Below, one piece after another: positions 22,947 through 34,075 of a stretch of DNA of 64,000 nt (positions are counted from its first letter, which is position 1; each line of letters starts with the position of its first letter). The stretch is from an uncultured Nitrososphaerales archaeon (lineage in GTDB: Archaea > Thermoproteota > Nitrososphaeria > Nitrososphaerales > Nitrososphaeraceae). The notes beneath the pieces were generated by a model. The model searched no databases and was not told where the DNA came from. It saw nothing but the letters and a program-made list of their open reading frames with translations. Location: the NCBI GenBank assembly GCA_963695855.1, contig CAVOHZ010000002.1, positions 61,435-125,434 of the forward strand, in the 5' to 3' direction. The translations under genes were made by a program, and so were the position numbers.

Positions 22947-23843
22947 TCACGCTATCTTTCTCTTTTTCTTAGGAGCATTAGCTTGACCAAGGTAATCACT
23001 TAGAGACTTAATCATGGGACCCATCTTATAGACGTCAGGCATAACATCTATATGAACATAGTTCTCTTCTAGTGCTTTCATTGTAGAAGGTCCAACTGCA
23101 ACTACTATGACTTCCTTGTTAAGGTAGTATTGCAATGGTTCTTTTAGGTAATAGGCTTCAGCTATCTTGAATAGGTCACGGACTGCTGGTGGACTCGTAA
23201 ATGTTATTACATCTACAAGTCCCTTGCCGATATCTTCTACGAGTTTGACCACCTTTGCTTCATCAGGAGGAATATACTTGAAACCCATCATTTCAAGAAT
23301 TCGGGCCCCGCTCTCCGTAAGCTCAAGTGAATATCTGTATGTCGAGGCCTCAAAGACTCGGGCCCCAACTGTATGAAGCTCATTCTTTAGGAGAGGAGAG
23401 TATGACCCATGCCAGAGGATAGCGACATTTCTACCAGTCATGCTGAAACTCTTGAGCAGTTTAACTATTCCTTCAGCTGTATTCTCCTCCGGTATGATGT
23501 CTGTCTTGACTCCATGGTTTGCCAAGGCGATCTTGGGTTTCAAACTTCTAGCGATGACGGTTGTGTGCTGCAAAGCTTCGGCAAACTTCTTTTCTATTCC
23601 TAGGTTTTTAGCCGTAGACATAAGAGAGTATACACCTGGACCAGTCATGAAGACCACATAGTCAATTCTCTCTTCTAATATCTTGTTTATGAAGAACTCA
23701 GCTTCCTTAGATATGTCCTCTCTTGCCTCTATGCCCACTGTTGGTGCGAGATAAGGTCTACCACCGAAGCTGGTTATCAAATGGGCTAGCTCTGAAGCTC
23801 TACGACTTCCTGTTATGACAACTGTCAAACCTGCAAGTGACAT
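22947..23843 (-). CDS. hemD: Uroporphyrinogen-III synthase
   Basis: LAGLTVVITGSRRA, VFMTGPG, VITFTSPPAV, VAVGPST. Confidence 0.85.
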   Translation of the reverse strand: MSLAGLTVVITGSRRASELAHLITSFGGRPYLAPTVGIEAREDISKEAEFFINKILEERIDYVVFMTGPGVYSLMSTAKNLGIEKKFAEALQHTTVIARSLKPKIALANHGVKTDIIPEENTAEGIVKLLKSFSMTGRNVAILWHGSYSPLLKNELHTVGARVFEASTYRYSLELTESGARILEMMGFKYIPPDEAKVVKLVEDIGKGLVDVITFTSPPAVRDLFKIAEAYYLKEPLQYYLNKEVIVVAVGPSTMKALEENYVHIDVMPDVYKMGPMIKSLSDYLGQANAPKKKRKIA

Positions 23844-24028
23844 AATCCATCATCTTTTGTACACTCTATTGTCAAGAATGTTCTTTCTTGTAGTTTAATA
23901 GCAATATGTTCTATTACATGCAATATATAAAGTTCAGCATTAAATGCTTTTGCAAATTCTTTGGCTTTATAAAGTGCCTTATCTGAGATTTCCGTACCAT
24001 CATATGGAAGTAATATTTTACTTGTCAA
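23825..24028 (-). pseudogene. Universal stress protein N-terminal fragment
   Basis: KILLPYDGTEISDKALYKA...AELYILHVI, then the USP similarity ends. Confidence 0.7.
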
Positions 24029-24128
24029 AACAGTTTTCTATTTACCTCCACTTTTTTCAATTATTTTATCATGTTCTCGATTTTTTCTCATATATTAAAA
24101 TAACAATAAACACATAGATAAGAATAGA

Positions 24129-24144
24129 ACTTTACAAATGTAAA
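24129..24144. promoter_or_regulatory. Putative operator of the TRASH regulator, copy 1
   Basis: ACTTTACAAATGTAAA (TTTACA-N2-TGTAAA palindrome) about 40 bp upstream of the regulator; identical copy at 24906. Confidence 0.6.
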
Positions 24145-24183
24145 TGATATATAACTACCAATATCTAAATATTATAAAGGATT

Positions 24184-24699
24184 ATGCCTTTACATCTAGA
24201 TAACAACGACATAGCAATTATAAAATCACTTTTAAAAGATGGAAGAAAATCGTTTAGGCAAATATCAAGAGAAACAGGAATAACTACACCTACGGTGAAG
24301 GCAAGATTTGAAAGACTAGTCAATATAGGTTTTATTAAAGGAGTTCTTCCAGTATTTGATTTTGGTAAAGTGAATAATACAAAAGATATCATTAAAATAC
24401 AAAATATTAGTAAAGACAATACAAGAAAAGAAAAAGAGGATTTTTATAAAAATGGTCACAAGAACATATCTGAAGAGGTAGACAAAATAGAAGAAAAAAT
24501 TATAAATGGACTTGCAATAAACCTTGTATGTGATTACTGTCATGGACCAGTTCTTGGCAAACCTAAAGTTTTAAAATTCGCAGACTTTGAACGCTTTTTT
24601 TGTTGCAATTCTTGTAAAATAGATTATAATGAAAAATATAAGGGAAGAATAGAATCGATAAAAAGAAGATATGAAGGTAAATCTGAAATAGAAATTTAG
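24184..24699 (+). CDS. Lrp/AsnC-type HTH regulator with TRASH domain (CopR/CopT-like)
   Basis: LDNNDIAII..LLKDGRKSFRQIS HTH; CDYC...FFCCNSC. Confidence 0.85.
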   Translation: MPLHLDNNDIAIIKSLLKDGRKSFRQISRETGITTPTVKARFERLVNIGFIKGVLPVFDFGKVNNTKDIIKIQNISKDNTRKEKEDFYKNGHKNISEEVDKIEEKIINGLAINLVCDYCHGPVLGKPKVLKFADFERFFCCNSCKIDYNEKYKGRIESIKRRYEGKSEIEI

Positions 24700-24726
24700 A
24701 TTCTTTTGATTATTTTTAATTTTACC

Positions 24727-24870
24727 TTAATATCCATATTTTGAAGGATTTTGTTCTAATTGTTGTTTGCATGCAGATGAGCATAGATATATTTTGTTTC
24801 CATTAATTTCTGAAGTGTATTTTGCAGTCTTCTCATCTACATTCATGTTACATACAGGGTCTTTAGCCAT
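24727..24870 (-). CDS. YHS/TRASH metallochaperone, 47 aa (not in ORF track)
   Basis: MAKDPVCNMNVDEKTAKYTSEINGNKIYLCSSACKQQLEQNPSKYGY. Confidence 0.88.
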   Translation of the reverse strand: MAKDPVCNMNVDEKTAKYTSEINGNKIYLCSSACKQQLEQNPSKYGY

Positions 24871-24905
24871 ACCCTTATATGGATAACTACATATTTAACA
24901 ATTTG

Positions 24906-24921
24906 ACTTTACAAATGTAAA
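24906..24921. promoter_or_regulatory. Putative operator of the TRASH regulator, copy 2
   Basis: ACTTTACAAATGTAAA about 35 bp upstream of the YHS gene start. Confidence 0.6.
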
Positions 24922-25101
24922 AGAGTACTAAAAAATAATTTATTAACAACAGTACTAAATCCTAATCGATGAAACCATTATCTATTCTATTTGGTCCAAT
25001 ATCTTTAACCTATATAAAAAACAGAATGAAGATTGGAATGAAACTAGGAGAACACAATAACAATTTCTCTACCTCTTTTGTATTTTTATTGAAAACAAAT
25101 A

Positions 25102-25881
25102 TTACTGAAGAGTTTTAGGTAATTTATTAATTTCAATAAAATTTTTATCTTCTTGATGTTCCATCATCATTGCCATAGATTCCTTTTCTACAGTGTCATT
25201 TGTTGCAGTATCATGATGCATCGTTGTTTGAACAGAATTATCAGTAGAAGATGTATCTAAACCTACTCCACTAATTAATGTTCCAAACATTTCATTTGGA
25301 CTAGAAAAATGTCCTTCAGTTTTACTAACATCAATAGCGAGTCCTAAAACTTTGTTACCCATAATATGAATAGTTAAAGGAACACTTTTGTATTCGCTAT
25401 TATTATCATCAGAAGAGATATCTGCCATTCCCATTACAACAATATCTTTGCCAGTAAGTATGACCTTATCTGAAATAAAGTTACCAATATTGTGATTATG
25501 AGAAAGGCTACCGTCTGGTTTTATCATTGTAAAATTAGCAATAAAGTCTGCTTTATCATTATTATTTTTGTTAAGATTGCTACTAGTACTACTATTGTTT
25601 ATTGTCAATTCCCAAAATCCTCCCTGAATCCATGTAACAATTCCATCTTTTATTTGGTTATTTGCAAAATGTCCAAAGGCTTTTATCATTTTAGATTTAT
25701 TTTGTTCTTGTAAATTATCATCAACTATTGGAGTATTTGTAGATGATGATTGTGCTAGGACATGTTTGACAGTGTTAACGCGTAATTGTATTGATAATGA
25801 CTCTATTGCTATTAGAGATACAAATACAATGAAAATTATAGCATATACATACCTATGAAAATATTGAGGGGAATCAGTCAA
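25102..25881 (-). CDS. Exported hypothetical protein with His/Met-rich segments
   Basis: Signal/TM segment, SHNH motif, MHHD...SMAMMMEH tail. Confidence 0.7.
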   Translation of the reverse strand: MTDSPQYFHRYVYAIIFIVFVSLIAIESLSIQLRVNTVKHVLAQSSSTNTPIVDDNLQEQNKSKMIKAFGHFANNQIKDGIVTWIQGGFWELTINNSSTSSNLNKNNNDKADFIANFTMIKPDGSLSHNHNIGNFISDKVILTGKDIVVMGMADISSDDNNSEYKSVPLTIHIMGNKVLGLAIDVSKTEGHFSSPNEMFGTLISGVGLDTSSTDNSVQTTMHHDTATNDTVEKESMAMMMEHQEDKNFIEINKLPKTLQ

Positions 25882-25958
25882 TAACTACTATTTTTTATTG
25901 ACATATTATAAATTCTTATTCTTCACATACATGAAATATAACAATAATATAATTTATC

Positions 25959-26562
25959 GTGAATAAAATATGGAATATGGTTTATTCTAATGATTTCTCC
26001 TTTTTTGGTGATGAACCAAGTAAATTTGCTTTAATGTGTTATGAAGATTTTGTCAAGCATAAAGTTAAAAAAATATTGGAGTTGGGATGCGGTCAAGGTA
26101 GAGACTCTATATTTTTTGCTTCAGAAGGATTAGAGGTCTCTGCTATTGATTCATCCAAAGTAGCAATAGAAAATTTAACTGCAAAAACAAAAGAATCAAG
26201 TCTTAATGCATATTTAAACAATATTAACGCAGTGGAAGGACTGCCTTTTCACAATAACCATTTTGATGCAATTTATTCGCATATGTTTTATAATATGGAT
26301 TTTTCCGATGATGAATTAAAATTCATATTTAGTGAGAGTTCTTAAGAATAAAGGGCTATTATCATTCTCTGTTAGAAGTGACAGAGATATCATGTATGCA
26401 AAAGGAACAAAAGTAGTGAATAATATTTACGATATTGATGGTTTTCATATTCAATTTTTTACAGAGAAAGATATAAAATTTTTTGTAAATGATAATTTTG
26501 AAATTGACAAGATAATTGAAGTGTATGAAGAACCTGCAAGTTTATACTTTTTTTTATTGTAA
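25959..26562 (+). pseudogene. Class I SAM methyltransferase, frameshifted
   Basis: LELGCGQGRD motif; protein continues (RVLKNKGLL) in another frame near 26335. Confidence 0.8.
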
Positions 26563-26647
26563 TAATTAAATTTTATATTCTCAAAATCTTATATTTGTAA
26601 ACAAAATAGCCTATCTATGTCAATACGGTTTATAAGTTAATGGCTAG

Positions 26648-26981
26648 ATTACAAGTCAGAAATATCGTACTTGTATAGACGCATGCAATGAATGTCTTGA
26701 AACCTCAAAATTATGTGCTGTAAAATGTCTGTATGATGAGAATGTGAAACCGTTAGCGAACTGTGTGGAAAAATGTGTCACATGTTCCCATGCCTGTGTC
26801 ACTGTATCATTGGTAACCTCTGGAGAAAGTCAATATTCAAAAAAAAGCTTGTGATTTGTGTGCAGAGATATGTAATGCATGTGTTACTGAATGTGAAAAA
26901 CATCGTCAGCATATGAAACATTGCAAGCTATGTGCGGACTCCTGTCGTAGATGTGCAAAAGAATGTAGAAATATGAGTTAA
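26648..26981 (+). pseudogene. Four-helix-bundle Cys-rich copper storage protein (Csp3/DUF326-like) with +1 frameshift
   Basis: CIDACNEC...CVEKCVTCSHAC...[A8 run 26839-26846]...ACDLCAEICNACVTECEKH...HCKLCADSCRRCAKEC. Confidence 0.85.
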
Positions 26982-27122
26982 TCAATCCAAGTTTATTTGT
27001 TAGGTTTATGTTATAATAATTAGCTATTTAACTATTGTGTATATCATATCAATTCATTTAGAGCAATCTTCATTTAATATAGATATAAAATTTTTTTATA
27101 TTGGGTAGTCTAAAATAAAATA

Positions 27123-27410
27123 ATGATAAATAGGATACAATATATACTATTCATAGTAACAGTAACAATGGTAATCTCATTATGTATTTGCAATGTCGCT
27201 GTTTCTGCGGCAATGACGGTCAATCCCCAAACCTTACAAGAAATAGAAAGTCATCTAACAGAAGTACAGACAGCGTTAGGCAACAAGTATATTGAAGGTG
27301 CAAAAAGGCATTTGGATTTAGCAATGGAACTTTTAACTCAATTTACAAACAAAACTACCGGCCTGGAATCCTCACCTGGCATGGCCGTTAATACGACAAG
27401 CATAAGATAA
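27123..27410 (+). CDS. Small secreted hypothetical protein
   Basis: Signal peptide followed by a helical domain. Confidence 0.6.
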   Translation: MINRIQYILFIVTVTMVISLCICNVAVSAAMTVNPQTLQEIESHLTEVQTALGNKYIEGAKRHLDLAMELLTQFTNKTTGLESSPGMAVNTTSIR

Positions 27411-27655
27411 TTAAATTACTTCTTGTATATTTTTTTAATAATAATAAATGTATAAGAAATTGTAACTAAAAAATTTACTTAAAATAATGATAATTCTTTG
27501 AAGATTGCTACTTAGTTATTATTAGTTCATCTTCAATCTGAGAAAATTCCCTTCTATTTCATGACGTATGAATAAATATTTCAATATTAGAATTAGAGAT
27601 AAATCGCAGATATGATAACAATAATAATAGCACTACTCTAAAAAAGAGCATAGAA

Positions 27656-28285
27656 TTGTTGGATGTTTTATCAGAAATAGAAAAGATAGCAAAAAAGAAT
27701 TCCCTTCCGTCAATTGGTCCAATAAAAGGAAAAATCGTAGGAAAAGTTATCAAGAGATATAAACCTAAAAGGATTCTTGAGATTGGAACTCTGCATGGAT
27801 ATTCAGCTATTTTGATGGCAAATTTTGTATTAAAAACACATGATGATTATTATCATGATGAGGGCGATGACGACCATCCTAAAGAAATTATCGTTACCTG
27901 TTTAGAAATAGACAAAAATCTTGGAAACATTGCAAAAAAGAATATTGAGAGAGCAGGATTATCAGATAGAATAGATGTAATTACTGGTGATGCTATAAAG
28001 GTCATTCCAATGCTTGATAATAATCATTATAAATTTGACCTTGTCTTTTTAGATGCAGAAAAAAACCAATATCTTTCATATCTTAGACTTTTAGAAGAAA
28101 ATAATTTGCTGGAAAAGAAAGCAATAGTAGTTGCAGATAATGTTCTGATATATGAAAACGAGATGAGAGATTATTTGGACTACGTTAGAAATTCTGGTAG
28201 ATATAATAGCTATACAACAGAAACTAGTTTAGAATTTAACAAAAATGTTAAAGATGCTCTTGAAATAAGTATAAAACAAGATTAA
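27656..28285 (+). CDS. O-methyltransferase (caffeoyl-CoA/COMT-like)
   Basis: ILEIGTLHGYSAI, FDLVFLDAEK, VVADNV. Confidence 0.88.
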   Translation: MLDVLSEIEKIAKKNSLPSIGPIKGKIVGKVIKRYKPKRILEIGTLHGYSAILMANFVLKTHDDYYHDEGDDDHPKEIIVTCLEIDKNLGNIAKKNIERAGLSDRIDVITGDAIKVIPMLDNNHYKFDLVFLDAEKNQYLSYLRLLEENNLLEKKAIVVADNVLIYENEMRDYLDYVRNSGRYNSYTTETSLEFNKNVKDALEISIKQD

Positions 28286-28637
28286 GGCTTAATCCGATTT
28301 GTTTAAATCAATCTAAGGGCAGCAATAGGTAGTACTATCCAGAGAATACTTTTGTGACTTTCTTACATATACTCTAAAAATTAAGACATCTGTTTTATCC
28401 GGTTCATTAGCTTCATCTTTGCTTTCTGAAGCCAACTATTTTACTCTAACACAGTTCAAGCTATTGGAAGAATAACTGGAACAATCAACGAAGCAGAGAT
28501 TACGTATTTCCTAAATGTAAAATAAAAATTCAGATTATTCAGCAACAAAATTAATTATTTAATATAATTAGATACTGATTATGATAATCTGTTATGACAT
28601 TTTAAAATATAAAAATAATTGAAACAACGAATGAAAA

Positions 28638-28853
28638 TTACTTAATTGGTTTGTTCATTTCTTTAATCTTTTTTTCTAATCCTCTTACCTGAATTCCTGC
28701 CCCTATGCTAACAAGAAGCATTCCAAAGAAAAATGCCATCCATACAAGATTAGCATACAAATCCAGTCCGTAAGGTAGAGTTATAGAATAAGCATAAGCC
28801 ATAATTAGAAACAATACTGATATTATTGCAAGTATCCAGTAGCGCTTAGCCAT
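28638..28853 (-). CDS. Small two-TM membrane protein
   Basis: Two hydrophobic helices, ATG start. Confidence 0.6.
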   Translation of the reverse strand: MAKRYWILAIISVLFLIMAYAYSITLPYGLDLYANLVWMAFFFGMLLVSIGAGIQVRGLEKKIKEMNKPIK

Positions 28854-29049
28854 GATTGTTATTTCTGATTGTATTATATGTATATAATTTTCGTTCAGTT
28901 CAGAGCTCGAACCTGTCTACATTGGATTTCAGAAATAATATCTTATCTGCTTAATGTCTTTTAATAGTATATGAAGAATTTTTTAGGATGATTACTGTAC
29001 AATAGCAACCATCAATGAAAGCAAGAGTACCAATTATTTCAGTTTTGAT

Positions 29050-29680
29050 GAAATCATACAAAGAAAAATACAGTGGATATTTAAAAAACAGGAAGAGTAC
29101 AAAAGGAATAAACCAGAGATTAAGGAATATAGTTATTTACCACATTCTACACTTCCCTATTTAGGTAACAATTACGAAATAGAAATACGAAACGTAGATT
29201 CTTCTACCAATAATATTGAAAAAGTTAACATAGAAAACAACAAATTCCTTTTTTTATCTAAAAGATATATCTATAGAAGCGAATCAAAATAATCAATTGG
29301 AATTATATCAATTTGAAGATAGAGAAATTATAGGTAAAATTAAAATGTTATATGAAAGATGGCTTAATGAGCAAGCTCAAATAATTTTTAAAGAAAAAAT
29401 AAATGAATTTAGTAAAATTACTGAAGTTAGTCCTAAAGATTGGCAAATAAAGAAATTGAAAAATAGGTGGGGTAGTTTAACAAAGAATGAAAAAATAGTT
29501 TTAGATGTAAATCTAGTAATAGCACCATAAACATAGTCGATTACATTATTATACATGAACTATGTCATCTTCGAATAGAAGGACATTCTCATCATTTCTG
29601 GAATTTGTTACATAAATTTGTACCGGACTATCAGAAAAAAATTGACTGGCTTAATAGAAAATATTGAAAGTTTGATATCT
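29050..29680 (+). pseudogene. YgjP/DUF45-like zinc metallopeptidase remnant
   Basis: LKNRWGS and IVDYIIIHELCHLRIEGHSHHFW lie in different frames; limits approximate. Confidence 0.8.
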
Positions 29681-29692
29681 TGAATAACAACA

Positions 29693-30103
29693 TCAGTTCA
29701 AAATATTATTGTAGAGTATTGAGTCAGTTACTTCAAAGAATCTTAACTTGCCAGGATAAGGAATTGGCTTCTTAAACATCTTTGCATTTCTAATCAAAAA
29801 ACCGTATCTATAGCCTTCAAAATACTTGGTAACTACAGAAAAGTGTTTGTGTCTATCCCTTTCAAATTCTTCTAGATTATTATATTCTTTAACATCATAT
29901 AGAAAAACAGAACCTATTATAGCTCCTATTGTAAACTTGTTAGTATCCATATCGAGTCTTTCACAGGATTCAATATCGATATTTTTTGAAGCATGAATTA
30001 GAAATTTTCCTCGGAATGAAGTATCCCATTTCCTTAACTCTATTGTCTTTTCACCATGAGCTAAAAGGTCTGCAAAAGGTTGTTTTAAGGATAAACATTT
30101 CAT
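29693..30103 (-). CDS. ASCH domain protein
   Basis: MKCLSLKQPFADL..GEKTIELRKW...LIHAS...PIPYPGKL. Confidence 0.9.
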   Translation of the reverse strand: MKCLSLKQPFADLLAHGEKTIELRKWDTSFRGKFLIHASKNIDIESCERLDMDTNKFTIGAIIGSVFLYDVKEYNNLEEFERDRHKHFSVVTKYFEGYRYGFLIRNAKMFKKPIPYPGKLRFFEVTDSILYNNILN

Positions 30104-30204
30104 GGCTTGATATAATACTATGAAATACTAAATTTATTTTATCTTTCTGTTTTATAATATTTTATTGACTAGATTATATAAATCAAAGATATAGAAATAG
30201 TTGA

Positions 30205-30507
30205 TTAGTCATCATCATCATCATCATCTTCTCCTTCAAATAACCATGGTTGACATACTTTTGGATATCTTAATGAATCATCGGGGTCATCGCATACATC
30301 ATCTTCATAATATGTTCTCTTGTCTTTGTTCTCTATTTCGCATGCATCTTTTTTATCATTCCATTCTCCTCCATAATCTTTACAATACTCTTTAGGCTTG
30401 TTTTCTTTTCCTGCATATACATCATTTGTTAAGGATACAGATGTGACCATAGTTATCATAATTGAGATAATCATTACAAATATTGATCCTTGCATGTTTA
30501 TTATCAA
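30205..30507 (-). CDS. Small secreted acidic Cys-containing protein
   Basis: Signal peptide ending VYA, four Cys, poly-Asp tail. Confidence 0.6.
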   Translation of the reverse strand: MIINMQGSIFVMIISIMITMVTSVSLTNDVYAGKENKPKEYCKDYGGEWNDKKDACEIENKDKRTYYEDDVCDDPDDSLRYPKVCQPWLFEGEDDDDDDD

Positions 30508-30785
30508 AATATCATATGATGGTATTAAAATTTGCTATCAAAGAAATGAAATTTGTTTTTTGTTTTGGGATTATATTTTTTGGTTATTCATATTAATTAT
30601 TTTGAAGGAAGATGAATTTTTCCTGATAGTCCTAAAACTATATTTTATGATTTTAAGGGAATAGTGGACCCTAGAAAGAACCGAGTAGAAAGAACCTGGC
30701 CCGTCGCAAATAACACCGACAGCGGTGCAAAAATGGAAGTTTAATTTGAGTCCATTTTGAATAATATTAAGATTAGATTTTCCAA

Positions 30786-31802
<1,017 letters not shown>

Positions 31803-32006
31803 TAATGGATATCTGATAGTCTATCATAAATAATTTTCTGTATGTATATATGTACCTACAATATATTTCAACAATTAAATGATATAAATATATAGTATAA
31901 AAATATCAATAAAAAAATTGCATTTTTTATTGGAAAAATAAAACATAAAGAATTACAAAAAAATAAAAAATTTATAGAAAAATATATAAAATCAAAAAAA
32001 GATAAT

Positions 32007-32740
32007 GGTGCTGTTAACTTAAGGAAAGAGCTATATCTGTGAACGCTCTATTCTAACAATATAGATGTTGTTAAGATTTGTCAGAAATAGAACATCCACA
32101 TGTATAGTAATGCATTCTCTTTATTTGTACTTTCTTGGTCTCAGTCTACGAAATACATCCAAAGCATTGGAACCTTTTAAGGACCAAAAAAGAAGTTATG
32201 TTGCTGTTTGGAAATGGATTCAACGGTTTGGTTCATTGTTGCAGATCTATAACAAGCATAGAAGAATTTCCGCATTCATAATCGATGAGACAATGATTCA
32301 GATTGGTAATCAACATTTTTGGTTATGGATTTGTATTGAACCTGTTCATAAATCTATACTTGGGATCTATATTTCAGAAGAGAGAAACATGCTTGTAGCA
32401 GAAAATTTTATCAGATCGCTTGTATCAAGGTATGGAAAACATACTGTATACACAGATGATGGTGGTGGTACGTGGTATCCACAAGCATGCAACTTTTTAA
32501 ATCTAAAACACGTATCGCATTCACCATTTGAGAAAAGTCTGATAGAAAGAGTGATGCAGTATTTCAAGGATAGGACAGAATGTTTTGATGATTGCTATCC
32601 TTGTAATAATAATATACAAAATTGTCATCTACAACATGTATACAATTGGATAAGATTATTCGTTTATCTATATAATGCAAAAATTAGAAACAAAATTCTA
32701 TTCAAAATTGGAGATGAAATAGTGTTAAGTTAACACAGTC
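32007..32740 (+). mobile_element. IS6-family insertion sequence
   Basis: Imperfect TIRs GGTGCTGTTAACTTAA and TTAAGTTAACACAGTC; GATAAT direct repeat at 32001-32006 and 32741-32746. Confidence 0.82.
32065..32733 (+). CDS. IS6-family DDE transposase
   Basis: [28 protein letters not shown]. Confidence 0.9.
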   Translation: MLLRFVRNRTSTCIVMHSLYLYFLGLSLRNTSKALEPFKDQKRSYVAVWKWIQRFGSLLQIYNKHRRISAFIIDETMIQIGNQHFWLWICIEPVHKSILGIYISEERNMLVAENFIRSLVSRYGKHTVYTDDGGGTWYPQACNFLNLKHVSHSPFEKSLIERVMQYFKDRTECFDDCYPCNNNIQNCHLQHVYNWIRLFVYLYNAKIRNKILFKIGDEIVLS

Positions 32741-33129
32741 GATAATATTGTCACTAATAATGAGATATTTCCAAAATTTCTAAATTATTCTTTTGAAGCG
32801 ATGTTTAAAGAAATGAAGAAAGATGAAATATCATTTAGAAATAGCTACAAACCAATATTAATGAATCATAAGCTTTATTATCTAGAACAAAATAAGTTGT
32901 CGACCAACAAATAGATTTTGACTAAAGACCTAGATAAGAATAAGATTAAAGAATTATCTCAACAATATACTCGGAGATATGTGACCAATTTAAATAGAGA
33001 ACAACTAAATATGATATACATAGATGGTTTCCTTAGGTATTGTGAATTTCTTCGTATTTCACAAGAGTTAAATCGTCCATTGTCGATTAAAGACTGTATC
33101 ACGTTCAAATTTTTCTTGTTTCTTAATTA

Positions 33130-33260
33130 ATTGATTTATTTGCATCTTTTTCAATTAATTTGCCTTTAATTATATAGTATTTCTCTATATTCTTTTGTTG
33201 TAGTTCACTAATTCTTTTCGAAAGTTTATTTTCTTCATTAACCGTTAGTAAATCTATTTA
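33130..33260 (-). pseudogene. Possible C-terminal remnant of a thaumarchaeal integrase
   Basis: Minus strand reads IDLLTVNEENKLSKRISELQQKN, resembling integrase tails in this lineage (from recall, not a search). Confidence 0.4.
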
Positions 33261-33475
33261 TACTCTTTACTTATTTTTTTTGAATTAAAAAAATTTTTTT
33301 ATCCTTTATCTGTTACGACATCATATAACTCAATCTGATTTTTGCGGGTAGTAAATTGTTATAGAAGAATAAGCAATTAACTTTTTTATGTAAAACAATT
33401 TTCTGGTTATAACTAATAGAAAAATTAACTAGCTATGCATTTATATTTGAAAGGCCTTTTTAATTACGAAGTAAA

Positions 33476-33679
33476 TTGATTCTAAGGATAGTCAGAAGTA
33501 TCAAAGCTCACCTTCAAAGTAATTTAAAGGCTCCACATCCAACATTAGTAGCATTCGGTATCAGTGCTGCAATTACATTAGTAGTATTCGGTATATTCTA
33601 CACGGCTGATACTGGAATTATGGGAATAGGAGTTGCTGAAGCCCCTACAAAATTCCATCCCTGCAATGGTAGTTGCTGA
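33476..33679 (+). CDS. Small putative secreted peptide precursor
   Basis: Basic N-region, hydrophobic core, AEA site, short Cys-containing tail PTKFHPCNGSC. Confidence 0.6.
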   Translation: MILRIVRSIKAHLQSNLKAPHPTLVAFGISAAITLVVFGIFYTADTGIMGIGVAEAPTKFHPCNGSC

Positions 33680-33824
33680 AGCCCCTACAAAATTCCATCC
33701 CTGCAATGGTAGTTGCTGAAGCCCCTACAAAATTCCATCCCTGCAATGGTAGTTGCTGAAGCCCCTACAAAATTCCATCCCTGCAATGGTAGTTGCTGAA
33801 GCCCCTACAAAATTCCATCCCTGC
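33631..33824 (+). repeat. Perfect 40-bp tandem repeat, 4 full copies plus 34 bp
   Basis: Unit AGTTGCTGAAGCCCCTACAAAATTCCATCCCTGCAATGGT with no spacers. Confidence 0.97.
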
Positions 33825-33908
33825 TGTTAAGTTAAGGAAATAGATTTAGCTATGCATATTCTCTTCTAATAAATGCCTGTTAAAGTTCTTAGAAATAGAA
33901 CATCCACC
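33821..33908 (+). mobile_element. IS6 left-end remnant
   Basis: CTGTTAAGTTAAGGAAA...AGAAATAGAACATCCAC parallels 32011-32099. Confidence 0.65.
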
Positions 33909-34075
33909 TTTATAGTAATGTAATGGCAGAGAATAAAAATAATACAAATTTTATATAATTCCAATTTACAGACAATAAAAAGATATTTTTGTATGCAAGA
34001 TTATAGATAATATATAACAATAAGGAAGCTGAATAAAATTTACATTTATTGTTGTTATTGTTATTGTTGTTATTG

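Noticed and set aside
30201-30395. Poly-His ORF on the + strand
   Set aside because: It is the antisense reading of the poly-Asp tail of 30205-30507
33631-33824. 40-bp array as a CRISPR
   Set aside because: Units are contiguous and identical, with no spacers
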